From Phaeosaccion multiseriatum (taxonomy: Eukaryota; Protista; Ochrophyta, other classes): a stretch of 64,000 nt of DNA. Below are positions 23,627 through 37,366 of the stretch, one piece after another. The stretch is from the NCBI GenBank assembly GCA_965112735.1, contig OZ218953.1, forward strand, positions 2,542,001-2,606,000, read 5' to 3'. The position numbers and the translations under genes are program-made. The notes beneath the pieces were generated by a model. The model did not search any database. It was not told the origin of the DNA and saw nothing but the letters and a program-made list of their open reading frames with translations. The first letter of the stretch is position 1. Every line of letters begins with the position of its first letter.

Positions 23627-25511
23627 ATGAGCTCGTCAGCTCAGCCTGAGACCGGGGTGAAACTGGAAGACTGTTGTGTGACGAAAAGCAGCAGCGCCGG
23701 CAGCGGCAGCACCACGGCAAGGAGGGGGTGCGGCTATGATTTAGAGCCGCCCCCTCTCCCGCCCGCTATCTTCATTGCGGCTCCTTCGACAGCGCCGTCG
23801 CAGAGCAGAGGGACATCCCATGTTCCGAACAAGAGAGGCCGGCCGGGTAGTAGTAGCGGCATGTCGATACCTGGAGGGCATTCAGCGGTGGGGGCTGGGG
23901 CTGGGGCGTCTGGACTGGGTGTGGCCATCACTGTGGCACTCTGCGCGGGCGTGATCTGCCGCCCGGTGAAACTCCGCCTCCCTATGCCTCCGCCGCCTCC
24001 TTTGGTCGCCGTTCCTGGAAGGGAAGGGGATTCTGCTTCCACGGGAAGCAGCAGTGGTGGTCGTGCTACTGAAGGCGACCACGATAAGGCTCCTGAGGGA
24101 GCCGGTACGTCCCCCATTGCCCCCCCCTCGTACGGACCATCAGAAGAAGCGTCGAATAGTGCTAGTGCTATAGCCACTGGCCGTGGCGATGGTGATGGCG
24201 GCAATGGCGAGCGCGAGGGCGATGCTGATAGTTTCCTTGGCGAAGAGGGGCACGTACTAGGAGATGATGCTGGCAACGGTTCAGGTACAGTGATTGGGTC
24301 CCCTCCTCCCATCCTGTCAGACTCGAGGAGGACCATCTTGATGCACAGGGTCGAAACCGTGCGCAGCGTCATGGTGGTGAGCTTCGGCAGAGGCCGGAGG
24401 GGCAAAGCGGCGGAAGAGCTGCGGGATTTTGCCAAGCAAGCAATGCGAGACGAGTTTCCAAGGGTGCGTCGAGCGGCCTTCAAACACCTCCTCCACGACG
24501 CCGAACAGGCCCAGGCGCTGACAGAGCTGTGCCGTCGGGGCCAACAGGCGCTGCTGGAGCACACGTGTTCCCTCAGCCTCATGCAGGAAGCGGAGCGCAG
24601 CGTGGCCGCCTTTGAGCTCAGCCTCATCGCCCACCGCGCAAGGAAGCACATTATTCAGACTGAACTTTGTCGCATAGCTCAGCGGGCCATGGGGACCCAA
24701 GACGCGCACTATCATCGTCATGATCATGATCATCATCATCATCATCATCATCAGCCTCCTCCCCCTGCGGTGACCGCTTCTTCTCCCGCTCTGGACGTGT
24801 CTCTCTCTGTCGAGGAGAGGGTTCGACACGATGGCGGGGACTCCTGTGGAAGGGGGCGGGCGCGAGAAGCAGGGGGGCGAGAGAGGGTGGGAAGGGGTGG
24901 CAGTGGGGATGGAGGTGGACAAGGCGAGAGCACGGACACGGGAGGCTCTGAAAGTAGAGAAGAACAAGAACAAGCACAAGAACAAGAACAAGATGAAGAC
25001 TCTCCTAGGAGGCCAGGCCGACAGGAAGGAGAGGAGAAGCGTCTACAGCCCGAAGAAAGGCACGCAGGCTCGGGCATCATGATCCACGCTGCAGGTAGTG
25101 TGCGAGGAGAGGAGACCCTGCCCACGAAGCAGCAGCAGCAGCGTCATCACGGGAACGACCACGGCCGCCACAGAGAACAAGGCCCTTCTAAGCAGCAGTT
25201 GGTGGTACAGCAGCATGATGATGATGACGACGATGACGTTCGCCAACGACCGAATGGCTCTCTCCACAAGAGTCCCGTCGCTTCCCCGCACACGCAGCGC
25301 CCAAGAGGAGAAGGAGAAGGAGAAGGAGAAGGAGAAGGAGAGATTGGTGTCCACAGGAGCGGCGGAGAGGGCGGAGAGAGCGCCACCGGTGGGCATGAGG
25401 AGGGCGGGCCTCCAAGTGGCGGTGCGGGTAGCAGCAGTGGTGAGAACACCCCCCCCTGCCCACAGAAAAGGAAGGGCCTCACGTCCAACGCTCCTCACCG
25501 TCGACGCTCCC

Positions 25512-25551
<40 letters not shown>

Positions 25552-25589
25552 TGAGGGGATGGCGCGACGGAGGAAGCCGACTCAGGACA

Positions 25590-25622
<33 letters not shown>

Positions 25623-26404
25623 CCTGCGGATCTCGGGAGATTCGTATCAACGGTTCTGATTGGAGCGACCTCTTCACATTGCCCCCCATTTCTCGAGAGA
25701 TGCTCAACGAATTGACGTCCTCCCTCGGCGGTGCCGCTGCCGCTTCGGGGTCTAGTAGCCCTCCACTGCGTTGTCTCCTAGCACAGCCCTGCGGAGATAG
25801 AGGAGGGGGTGTAGGAGGTAGGGGGGGAGGAGGACGAGGAGGGGGGGCACAAGTGAGTAAACGAGGCCGAGGAGGAGGAGGAGGAGGAGGAGGAGGAGGC
25901 CGGGAGTACGAAGGCCCCTTTGCGAAGCCCCAGGACCGTTCCGCGAGTGATCGTGACGCCCTGGACTCCACGGCAGGCAGCTATGGCAGCGTGGGCAGCG
26001 TGGAGAGCGTGGGGAGCATCAGTCAGGGAGACTTGGACATGCTGTCAGAGACCTTCAGTCGCGGCTTTGGTCGCTCTGCATCGTGGGATGATGGTGAGGA
26101 GGAGGAGGAGGAGGAGGAGGAGGAGGAGGAGGAGGAGGAGGAGGAGGAGGAGGAGGAGGAGGAGGAGGAGGAGGAGGAGGAGGAGGAGGAGAATGACCAT
26201 TGGCAAGGTGGTGGTCCTGTGCACAGTGGTCAACTCGGGCAGCAAGGAGGGGGGGATGAAGGACATGGATGCCCCCTGGGGTCGACTGGCACTGGAACGG
26301 GCACTGGCTGCGGATGCGGCTGCGGATGCGGCTGCTCCTCCCCAAGAGTGTTGAACAACAACGACAAGAGCAGCAGCAACAACAACAGCAACAACAACAG
26401 CAAT

Positions 26405-26465
<61 letters not shown>

Positions 26466-27191
26466 TACCCTCTCTCGGGGAGATGAGGAGCCGGGCTTTA
26501 CACGAGGTGCGGAGTAAGGGCTGCTCGTCGCACCCTCTCGTGCGTGACTTCATGTTGCAGTGGAGTGGTCGCATGAGGGACTGTAGGGACGGGTTGGGCA
26601 GCGACACCGCTCTACGCAAGACGCTCCGGGAGGTGTGTGCGTGTGTATGCATGTGTGTGTATGTGTGTGTACGTGTGTGTGTGTACGTGTGTGCGTTTGT
26701 ACGTGTGTACGTGTGTACGTGTGTGTGTGTACGTGCACGGTGCGTGTCCCCACCTCCCCTCAAACGTGTTCCTCTCTTCCTTCACCGATGAGCAGCTGCA
26801 CCATCCTATAGCGCTGGAACTACCCTCCCCTCCCCTCTCCTCTGACCCCCGCCCATCCCCCTTCCTCTCCCCTGCCTCTGCACAGGTGAAGCGCTCCGGC
26901 CCCTTGAACACTGACAAAGACGCATTCATCGCGCTGTCTCTCTCGGGCAGTGCAGTGATGGAGACGCGGGCCTTGCTTAGCGAGCCTAAGTTTCAGGAGC
27001 AGGTGCGGTGGGGTTGCAGTAGGGTGGGATGGGGGGAGGAGGGAAGCGTAGCTTAGCAGCCAGCTTAGCAGCCAGCCTGGCATAGCAAACGGTAGAGCAC
27101 GGGATACTGGATCATACACGAAGCAAGCAGAGACACTCACTGGCTTACTTTCGGGTCAGTAGACCTCAGCACAACACCGCATTCAGCTCTC

Positions 27192-27252
<61 letters not shown>

Positions 27253-28849
27253 CTTCTTCTCTCGACGCTCACTCTTGCTGCCTCCCTCCGTCTGGCAGGT
27301 GGCTCTGATGTCGAGATTGACCGACGAGGGGCGATACAGATCGATTCTAGAGCAAGAGCAGCCTCGCAGGGGGCAGCAGGAGCACCACCACCATCAGAAC
27401 CAGCAGCAGAACCGCCAGCCGCAGGTGGTGGTAAAGCAGGCGAAGCAGCGGCGCTATCACCCGCAGCAGCCGCAGCAGCCGCGGAAGGAGTCAGCAATGT
27501 CCGTGGTGAAGAAGGGATGTGTGCTGCAAGCTCTGATATCTCCTCGGGGTGGTCAAGAAGAAGGAGAGAGTGCGATGGGCCTTCTGCAGGGTATTGATGC
27601 CTCCTCTCTCCTGCAGTGCCAGCGGCCGAAGGAGGGAGTGGAATCGGTGAAAGGGCTCCCAGAAGGAGGAGGAGAAGGGGGGAGAGGAAGCGACGGCGAA
27701 ACGAGCGGAGGCGAAGGAAGAAGGGACGGGCGAGCCGAGGAGCGAGAAGCGATACAAGGCGTCGTTACAGAAGGGCGAGGCAAGTGTGCAGAGGGGGCAG
27801 ACAGGTCCGGCGGCGGCAGCAGCAGCCGTAGGCGGGACTGCGGCAACGATCATGGAGGGGGAGGGGGAGGGGGAGGGGAAGGAGGGGGAGGAGGAGGAGG
27901 AGGAGGAGGAGGAGGAGGAGGAGGAGGAGGAGGAGGAGGAGGAGGAGGAGGAGGAGGAGGAGGAGGAGGAGGAGGAGGAGGAGGAGGAGAAGGCGGAGGA
28001 GGAGGAGGAGGAGGGTGTGGTGGTGCTGTAGCGCATCGCCAGCAGCCGCAAGAGCCTCAGACTCTGACTACTTGTACTGAGAGCAGTCCGCCGCAGCAGC
28101 CTTACCACTGCTCCTGCTCGCCCAAACGAAGGCCCGTGGGGCAAGAACAAGCACCGCAGGAAGAAGAGCAGCACAAGCAGTTGGTAAAACAGCAGCAGCA
28201 TGTGACGAAGGGCCCACTTCCCCTCAAGTTGGGCCGTGGTGGAAGACGCCTCGACGGTGGGGGGCATCGAGAAGCGTTCTCGTTTGGGAGGCGCCGCAAC
28301 AAGCCCAACAAGCAGCTGAGGAGTACTCGACCTGGGGGGCACGGCGAGCGAGAGGGCCTTCGCGATGTCGTGGGGCAGAAGCAGGGTAGGCAGGAGAGGG
28401 ACAGCCTCATGCCGCGGATTCACACGGCCAAGGGATGGGTACGAAGCCTGCTGCTGGTTACTAAAGATGGAGGAGGTGGTGGTGGTGGTGGTGGAGGAGG
28501 AGGAGGAGGAGGAGGGAGTAGGGAAGATCCGGAGCTTGAGGATGGGGGGGGGGGCGGGAATCGAGAGAGGGGTAGCCGGCGGCAGAGCGAGGAAGGAGCA
28601 ACAGTAGCAGCTGTTGGCACAGCAGCAGTCGTACAGCTGTGCCCCAGCCGAGTAGCGGGGCCTGCGGAGCAGCTGCGGGGAAGGTTGCGAGGGTGCGGGC
28701 CGATGGGAGTCACGCTCACGGCCAAAGACATGCTTGCAAGCAGTCATGTGGGCAGCAACAGTAGTATAGGTAGCGGCCGACACATGGGCACAAGCGGCAA
28801 TATACAGAGGGCCCACAACGCCACGCTCGTCTCTCTCAAGGGGGTCTAA
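23627..28849 (+). CDS. Large, mostly disordered hypothetical protein (poly-E, poly-G, poly-Q, poly-D, poly-H tracts); ~3 exons
   Basis: 1054-aa ORF to a donor at ~26631, exon ~26886-27002 (VKRSGPLNTDKDAFIALS..FQEQ), exon ~27299-28849. Helical segment RTILMHRVETV..IAQRAM but no recognised domain. Confidence 0.6.
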
Positions 28850-29203
28850 CTTTAAAATAGAAGTACCTTTCAGTATTTTAGACAAATTTTCTATTGTCTC
28901 TCTCTACGAAGACCGCTCCGACTGGCCTCAGAGCTGCAGATTGAGTGCGTGGGTTGGGGGGGGGGGTCGGTTTGGGTACAGCTTAATTAGGAAGAGTGGA
29001 TGGGGAACAACAATCTTACTTGTATGAGACGACAAATGACATCTCATCACAGGGAGGGGGGGGGGGGGGGGGGGGTCCCGCCCTGACCCGACGGTGGGAG
29101 CGGTGACGCCACACCGGCACGAGCGAGCGGCGAGCTGTTGACACCCCCACCCCACCCCAGCCCACCCCAGACCCGAGCTACTCCAGCTGTCCTAGCTACT
29201 CAC

Positions 29204-29930
29204 CTACTGCCGCCGTTGGGCCTCCTCTCTGGCAACCTTCTCCCCCCACAGCCGCTCCTTCCTCTCCTTCCTCTCCTTCTCCTTCTGCGCCCTCTCCTTC
29301 TTCAGCTCTGTCGAGTTGAACACCCCGGAAGCCCCTTTGCCAAACACAGCCTTCCTGCCCGACACAGGGCGATGAACTTGGAGGTACACATTGAGCCACG
29401 CTGTGCCGAGTATGAGAGCGCCCTCGGCGAGAAACTCGTCGTCTTTGGTGGCGGGTCTGTGGACGAAGCCGTGCTTCTCCTCCTCGTAGGTTCTGGGGGT
29501 TGGGTGGGGGGGGGGGGGGTAGGGGAAACACAAGACAAGAGGAAATGGGAGGGATACAAGGGTGAGAAGTTGAGGGAGGGAGGGAGGGAGGGAGGGAGGG
29601 AGGGAGGGAGGGAGGGAGGGAGGGGCACCCACCCCTACCTACCTGACAATGTAGTCCTCCACGGTTTTGCTTTCAATGAGGGCCTTTTGCAGCTGCTTGG
29701 CGTCTTCGAAGGTGGCTCCAGGGATGACGTCTTGGCCTGCAAACACGGCGTACACCGGACAGGCGACATTGGCGCCCACGTGAGCCACGTCATATCTGAG
29801 CGAGCGAGCGAGCGAGCGAGGGAGGGAGGGACGACGTTGAGAGAGAAGCACCTGCCCGCGCCAACCCAGCAAGCAACCAATACAGATTCAAATTAGAAGG
29901 GTTGGTCCACATACATATGCACCCATACAG

Positions 29931-29964
<34 letters not shown>

Positions 29965-30226
29965 CTCGTGGGACAGAAAACCGCTACAACATCGGGCTGG
30001 ATCACTCCGGCGGCAGCTTCCTCCAACGCGCGGCCTCCTCCGTAGCAGAAGCCCACTACGGCGAGGCTGACGGGCTGGTACGCTTGTCGGGCCCACGCTA
30101 CTACGCGCCGAATGTCCGCGGAAACGTTCTCTGGGCTATGCTGGACGCGCCACTCCTCGTACGTTTGCTGTAGTGAGAGGAGGAAAGAGAGAAAAGAAGG
30201 GGGGGAGGGGGGGGTAAGTGGTAGTG

Positions 30227-30323
<97 letters not shown>

Positions 30324-32359
30324 CAGCAGCAGTAGTGGTAATAGTTGTGGGCAAGCACTCAGTGGTGTACAGAGGAGAAGTGGCGCCAAAGCCGCGCCGA
30401 GGACCACAGGCACGTCGGCACTTACTTACTCCTACATACCTTCTCCTTGTCTCCTCTCCAGGGGCGGCCTCTGAACAAGTCTGGCACGAGAATAACACTC
30501 TCCACGCCCAACGCCATGTCGTCCGCCACCTACAAGGCGGGGGAGGGGGGAGCAACAGGTCATGAAGAATCGGTGTCGAAATATGGAGTCGCGGGTAGGT
30601 ATATGTCGACAATCCGACAAGTGAGATGAGTGACACCAACGAGACAGACCAGCGAGAAGAACGAGACGAGAGCCCTGCCCACTCAGCCAGCCAGCCAGCC
30701 AGCCAGCCAGCCTGCCTGCCAGCCATCTTGCCCGTCCATTGACCATTGACGTAATACGACTCTACCTGAGCCAGGACTCGCTGCCCACCAAGGGCCAGTA
30801 GTCCCTATTTACCCATGAGCAGGGAAGCCCTTCCCTCCCACCCACCTTGCGCGTGACGGGGTCCTCCCAGCCCATGACATCGCTGAGCAGGATGGTGAGG
30901 TGAATCTCCGTGTCAGGGCTGATCTCTCCGGTGGTGCCCCAGTGGCGGAGCTGCTCCCTCTCACTTACCATGTACGCCGGTACCTCCAGACCCTAAAGAC
31001 AAGGCAGGCAGGAGGTGTCAGGGCAGAGGTTTCAAGGTATGGGGCTGAAGGCAAAGGCCAAGGCACACACACACGCACGGACGCACGCACACACGCACGC
31101 ACACACGCACACACACACACGCCATGAGACAAGAGATACACCCGCCAGCACTGCCATCACATCATCAGCGTGCCCCTCTTGTTTTTAGGGTGGAGGATGC
31201 TTTCTTCCCTCTCTCTCTCCCTCCCTCCCTCTGCCTCTCTCTCTCTCTCTCCCTCCCTCCCTCTCTCCCTATCTCTACCTCTCTACCAACCTCTGCACGC
31301 AGCCGCCTGCTCCTCAGCGAGGGGCTCTCTGACTTGATCTCCGGCGGAAACTCTTCGCTCCGCAGTCCCGTAGCGAACACGTGCTCACGCGTGAGCGTAT
31401 CCACCACCGTCCGCTCCTTCAGGGTCTCTGTCAACGCAGCGAGCGAGCGAGCGAGGTGTGCGGACAACCGGACACGGTGTGAGCCTCAACATCTATGTGT
31501 ACGCGTGTGTTTGTGTGTGCGTGCACAGGCAGGGGTGCCTGAGGGCCGGAAGGACTCGGGGGTGAACATCGCTCATCCCCCCTTCCTCCCTTCGGGGGTT
31601 CGTCCCATTGGTTGGAAAGAGTGGAGCAGTGCTCCGCATGCCCTGGAGCTACTCCCTCTTACTACAGCGCCGCCCACTTGCCCCTACCCCGCTGCTCCTA
31701 ACCTATGTCTGGGGGTAGTGCCTTCATATCAAGCCTCTTCCTCTTCTTTTTGCGCTTCGCATCCTCTCTCGAATCGGGCGTTACTCCATCGGATGAGGAG
31801 ATAAAATCTGGCAGATCCGGCTCGTTAATGTCAAACTCGTCCGGGTTGGTGCTGTGGAGAGAGGATGTGGAGGTGGAGGTCGAGGGGGAGAAGGAGGAAG
31901 AGAAGGCTGGCGGGGGGCACCGTCCTTCTACCCCTCCTGCTGCACATGCTCTCCTTCTCCCTCTCCGCCTGCTGCTACCGCCGCAGACAGCCTCGAGGGA
32001 GTCCAGGGAGGCGCTAGCCAAAATGAGATTAAAGTGGTCGGCGTATCTTTGTCCGTTTCTCGGCTGCTGCTGCTGATGTTGCTTGGCCAGGCTTGGCTGG
32101 TCCTGGCCACTGTTCAAGCTATTGCGACGAGCTGCTGCTGGAGTACAGCCAGGTGCGTTGTGCACAAGCGTGAACGACTCTGGGGGGGTGGGGGTCAGAG
32201 AGGTGGACGCGGGGAGAGAGGTTGGGATGACTACGTTTGAAGAAGCAGCAGCACTTCACACATTTATTCAATCAGTCTTCGAGTTGCCACCCCTTGCCTA
32301 CCTGCAGAGTGAACCACAAGCTGCAGTAGCAATGCAGCCTTGGCGAGGGACCTATCCAT
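29204..32359 (-). CDS. Plastid-targeted dienelactone hydrolase-family alpha/beta hydrolase; 8 exons
   Basis: Presequence MDRSLAKAALLLQLVVHSA|ES-F; ILLSDVMGW; VADDMA..VILVPDLFRGRPW; nucleophile elbow GFCYGG; FAGQD (Asp); KHGFVHR (His). Exons 32359-32302, ~32180-31703, 31427-31291, 30992-30846, ~30529-30439, ~30167-29965, ~29796-29643, ~29492-29204. Confidence 0.9.
30223..30323. repeat. (GTA)n microsatellite in a dienelactone hydrolase intron
   Basis: ~100 bp near-perfect GTA run. Confidence 0.95.
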
Positions 32360-32475
32360 AGCACCACTAAGAGCTGCAGCAGAGCAGCTTGAGCTTGAGA
32401 GGAGGAGAAAGGGTGAAGGTGGAGCGAGCCATCTGTGAGTATCGTTGGATGTACAATTGCTTATCTTACTCTGCT

Positions 32476-35169
32476 TCAAGCTGAGCAGCTTCTGCTACTG
32501 CTGCTACTGCTGCTACTTGTACTGGTGCTGATGCTGCTGCGCAGGCTGTCCAGCACCAGCTCCACGCTCCTCGGCTGCGTCAGAGCCCGAGCGACGTCAG
32601 TCGCGGTGACGATCCTTCTCCCACCTCCTCCTCCTCCGCCTCCGTTGCCCTCCTCCTGCTGCCCCCGCCGCCTGTGCCCCTGCCCCTCCTCCTCCTCTCC
32701 GCCCCCATCGCTCACGCTGTCTCGTTTCGAAGGGCAAAACGACTGCTGCAGCCCCGTATGGGTGGGCTCCTCCTCCTCGCAGCCGTCGAGGCTGACGGCC
32801 GCTCGCAGAAGGTCCATGGTGGCGTCTAGATCGAACAGCTCTTCAGTGGGGTTTAGCCACGACAGACCCTTCTCCTTCTTATCCATCTCCTCCTCCTCCT
32901 CCTCCTGCTCGCCGTTCTCATCACATACTTCTCTCCGCCTTGCACCTCGCTCCCTGGCTTCCTCGTCCCCCCCCCCCTCCTCCTCCTCCTCCTCCTCCTC
33001 CTCCTTTCTCTCCTTCTCCCCATCCAACAGAGGCCTGAGAACCGTCATGGTAAGCCGCACGATGGCCTCCCTCGCTCGGTCCTCTTGGTCCGACGCCACC
33101 TCCACCCACGTGTTGAGACTGAGCGAAGTGTCCTCCCCCGCTCCTTCCACAAAATGCCACCAGTGCTTGGGCACGAACAGCGCGTCCCCGGGGTGGAGCG
33201 TCACTTCGGATCGCTGGGCGAGAGCGCGGGGGAGCAGCGGAAAGCGAGCCGCGTAGTCTCCTCCTCCCTCAGCCGCCACTCTGCGCAGATCGACTCGGCT
33301 GTAGACGCTGGACTCTTCGTAGCTGGGGGGCGGGGGGGCAGCAGCACCAGCAGCAACAACAAAAAACAACAACAGCAGCAACAACAACAACAGCAAGAAC
33401 AAGAACAAGAACAACAACAACAGCAACAACAACAAGAACAAGAACAACAACAACACCACAATGAGAAGACCGAAACTGCGGCCAGTTCAAGCATCACCAC
33501 CAGGCCAAGACTTTGGGGGTCGTTGGGCTCTTTTTGTGTTGTCGCTACATGCTATCTATGGGGAAAAGTCAGAGATGCTCACCATCACCGTTATGCCTTG
33601 CTATATACCCACGATACCCACGGAACGCGTGACGGATACTCACGGAATGCGTGACGGATAGAGTGCGTCCGAGGCCTCCGGCGGAAAGAGGGTCCATCGC
33701 TTGGCTCCGCTCAGCTGAGCGACCTTGGGAAAGAATGGAATGGACAGGGACGAGGACGCAAGGACGGGCAGCGATGGGGGGCGTCCAGAGGAAGGGAGAA
33801 GTCAACTCTCTTGCTGCGCTGCTTACTCACAGTCCCCTCTTTCGTCTTCACATACGTGCACCCACGTATGTACTACCCCACCCCTCTGTTTTGCAATCAA
33901 AAAGACAAGAGCAAAGGAGTGGGAAGAGAGGGAGAGAGAGTGTGTGTGTATGGGTAAAAACTACTGACTGACCAAGTTGACGCCATAGCAGTCGTAGTGC
34001 AGAGGTGTGTGCACCCCCGCCGAGCCCATCCACAGAGTCGACTCCTCCACCCCGTGACTGCACCCCAGCAGGCTCCAGTCGACGGCCTCCTCGAGTGCTC
34101 GTCTGCACACCTCGCCTGCTTGTGCTGCGGCGCTCTGCGACCTCCCCCTCTTGCGTGTCCTCTGCGCCTGCTTTGGCCTCTCCGCCGCCTCTAGTGCTTC
34201 TCCTCGTCCCCCTTCTCCCCCTTCTCCTCCTCCTCCTCCTCCTCCTCCTCCTCCTCCTCCTCCTCCTCCTCCTCCTCCTCCTCCTCCTCCTCCTCCTCCT
34301 CCTCCTCCTCCTCCTCCTCCTCCTCCTCCTCCTCCTCCTCCTCCTCCTCCTCCTCCTCCTCCTCCTCCTCCCCAACCTTCTCCTTCTTCCTGCCCCTGCT
34401 CCTCGTCACCATGGGCATGGCCTCCTCCCCCCTCCCCTTCACCCGCTTCCTCAGGAAACAGCTCCTATGAAACAGGGAGGTGGTGAGGGAGAGATTGCAA
34501 GAACGTAAGAAGCAGCCGTGAACAAGGCAAGGGGGAGGAGGAGATGGAAGGAAAGGCCATCTTTCCGGGAAAAAGCGAGGCTGGGGAAGGCGGGTATTCC
34601 TCTGTGTACCTACGCACCGCGACGTGTTTGTAGTCGGCGTAGGCCCAATAATCCTTTCTGTCGAAGCCGGCGAAGCCCCCCTCTCTTGTCCCCCCTATCC
34701 ACAGGGCAAAGTCCCGAAAGCTGGCTCGCACCGACTGGCACTCCCCCTCCCACACACAGCGGTGAGGTGTGCGGCGGTGCACGCGCCATGTAGTGACAGC
34801 GTCCATGGCCCTGGACCCGCCAAGGAGCTGCGCCGGGAGTGTGGGTGGGAGGAACTTTTTTTAACCAAAGAAGACGAGACTGGGATGGGAGGAAATGTGC
34901 AGTCAACTTACGTCGAACGCCGCAACCTGGGATTGGCATTGCTGCCCTAGACTCTCCATTTCTTCCTTGAAGTCCTCTCCCTGCTGCTCTTCTTCCTCTT
35001 CATTCTTCTCCTCTTTATTTTTTCCCACTCCCTCCCGGAAAATACCTTTCAAGAGCACAGGCTGCGGGCTGGCGAGATTCAAAACGTCGGAAAAGAAGCT
35101 GACCATCACATCTGTGGCTTCCACCACGCGTATGCCCGCTGTGCTAGCTGCTATTGCTATCGGCTTCAT
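32476..35169 (-). CDS. HSPBAP1: JmjC-domain 2-oxoglutarate/Fe(II) dioxygenase, HSPBAP1-like; ~5 exons
   Basis: PQPVLLKG; VWEGEC..SFRDF..W; WAYADYKH; VDWS..ESTLWMGSAGVHTPLHYDCYGVNL|VAQLSGAKRWTLFPP..LYPSRIP|YEESSVYSRVD; VTLHPGDALFVPKHWWHFVE; SLSLNTWVE. HxD...H iron triad is intact. Start codon uncertain. Confidence 0.85.
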
Positions 35170-35310
35170 ATTACATGATTCATCCCCCCCCACCGAGATC
35201 CCACCGATCCCCACCTCGCGACCAGGTGAACGGGATTAGATTGCTAAAAGTAGTGTTCCTTCAAATTCTTCATACACGCGTCGTTGCCGTGGGGTAATAC
35301 GTCCAGGCTT

Positions 35311-36375
35311 ATGAAGCTCCCCGTCCTAACAGCACTGGCATTGGGCATAGCGCAGGCGTCGTGCTTCGTCGTCCCGTCGACACTCATTATCCCAGAAGTG
35401 CGAGTCACGGCCGTACAGGGAGGACAAGGAGGAGGAGGGAGGGCAGGGAGGGCAGGGAGGGCAGGGCGAGCAGGAGAACAAGGCCTGAGCATGGGACCAA
35501 GGAATGAGAGGATAGGACTTTCGCGACGACAGCTGCCGGCCCTGAGGAGCCAAGCAGACGAAGCGGAGGAGGAGGAGGGGGAGGAGGTGAGTGGGGTTAA
35601 TGGGAAGGCTCTCTCTTCCCTCTCTAACTGCCCTTCTTCTTCCTCGTATCCCCTCCTCATGCAAACAGGAAGATGAAGAGTCGCCAGAGAAGTCCAAGGC
35701 CGATGCTGTGGCCGATGCGGTGAGAGAGGCGGAAAGCCTCATGGCGCAGCTCGGCGGCGAGGCGAGCTTCTCCTCTAAGCTCGCCCCAGAAAAGCAGATA
35801 CGGAGGAAGGATATGCCAAAACGCAAGCCCAGGCCCACTTATCGAGCAGATGGGACCGAGGCGGATGCGATTGATAGAGTAGATGAGGTGCGTGTGCACA
35901 GGAGGAGGCGAAAGGAGGGGGTGAAAGAAAGAGGGGGGAGTGAAGGGGTGTTGATGAGGCAGCATAGGGGCATAATAGGCCCAGGATTTGTACGAGTGAG
36001 GGGTGTCTGTGCGGGTCAAGAAGTTCCCCGAGGTTCAGTCTTCGTCACTCGCTCACTTCCTCACCTTTATCACTTCTTCCATCTTCACCTTCACACTCCA
36101 TCTCGCCTGTGCGGTACGCGCCCATCGACACACACTCACTCACTCAATTGCCTCAGACCTCATGGCTGGTATCTCAGATTCGCAAGTTTTCTCGCTGGTA
36201 CGTTCCGTTGAAAGCTCGGACGGGCCAAGCAGACAGACCTCTGACTACCCCTGACTGCTCTTTCGTCGAGTGTGGGAGTGTTGAAGTGGTGGTATTTGTA
36301 GTGTTTGTCGGGTCTCGCCGTCGGTGGCATAGTGGCGTAGGGTTGTGGGCACTCGAAACTCCGCTTCGCCTCCCT

Positions 36376-36410
<35 letters not shown>

Positions 36411-36551
36411 CTGCGCCACTTACGCGCCACCCCCACCCCACCCACGCGCACGCAGATCAAGGAGATAATGAGAATGAAGCAAATGCTAAAGAAGGAGGAC
36501 TTCGAAAGGATCTTCGGGAACGGAAAGAATTTCTTCATCGGTGAATTCTGA
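35311..36551 (+). CDS. Small plastid-targeted hypothetical protein; 3 exons
   Basis: Presequence MKLPVLTALALGIAQASC-F; exons 35311-~35586, ~35669-35887, ~36455-36551 ending IKEIMRMKQMLKKEDFERIFGNGKNFFIGEF*. Confidence 0.7.
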
Positions 36552-37366
36552 GATAAGAGAGAGAGAGATTGCACTGAGTGGGCCTTCGCAGTGGCCTTCA
36601 CAGTGGGAGGGAGCCGAGCGAGGATGGACCCCCAACCCCCCGCCTCGGCCTGAGGCCTGGAGAATGGCAGCATGCCCCCCGCCCCCCACGCAGCTCTACT
36701 GAGTGCTGAGTGCTGAGAGAGCGGAGTTTGAGCCGCGGTATTGGGAGGAGGAGGTCGGCTGTCTTTTAGAGTAGACTTTTTATCATGGAGGAAGAGGGAG
36801 GGTGGAAGGAGGATGGAAGCGCCACCATGGGTAGATAGAGCACTGATATATATATATATATATATTATATATATACAGAGAGTGAGAGAGAGAGAGAGAG
36901 TGTGTCAAGCAAGCCCGACAGTCAGTCGAGCGGACACGCAGATGAGAGTACACGTCGACGCTATGGCTTCTCCAATATAGAGCGGCACGGCTGATTCTCA
37001 GTTTTAGAGTTATGACAGGTCCTGCCCTGACCGACACCCCCCCCGAAGTGGGAGCGCCGCTCAGTAGAGCGAGAGAAAACCCAAACCCATCATCTCTCTC
37101 TTCGACTCAAAGACAGCCAGCCAAGAAAAATATATTTAACCTTAGAAACTGAAAGTGTGTGTGTGGGTGTGTGGGTGAGACGAGAGTGTCATGGTGAGGA
37201 GGAGGGGGGTCGCGTGCACGATTGGAGAACCAAAAGTATACATCGAATGGGGGAGAAGGAAAAGAGGGAAGTGGGCATGTTGGTTCTCCATGCGGGACTC
37301 ACAGAAACCGTTAACCTTTTTTCTCCAAAAAAAAAAAGTACAGGCCGGAGTCACGCGGAGGAGAGC

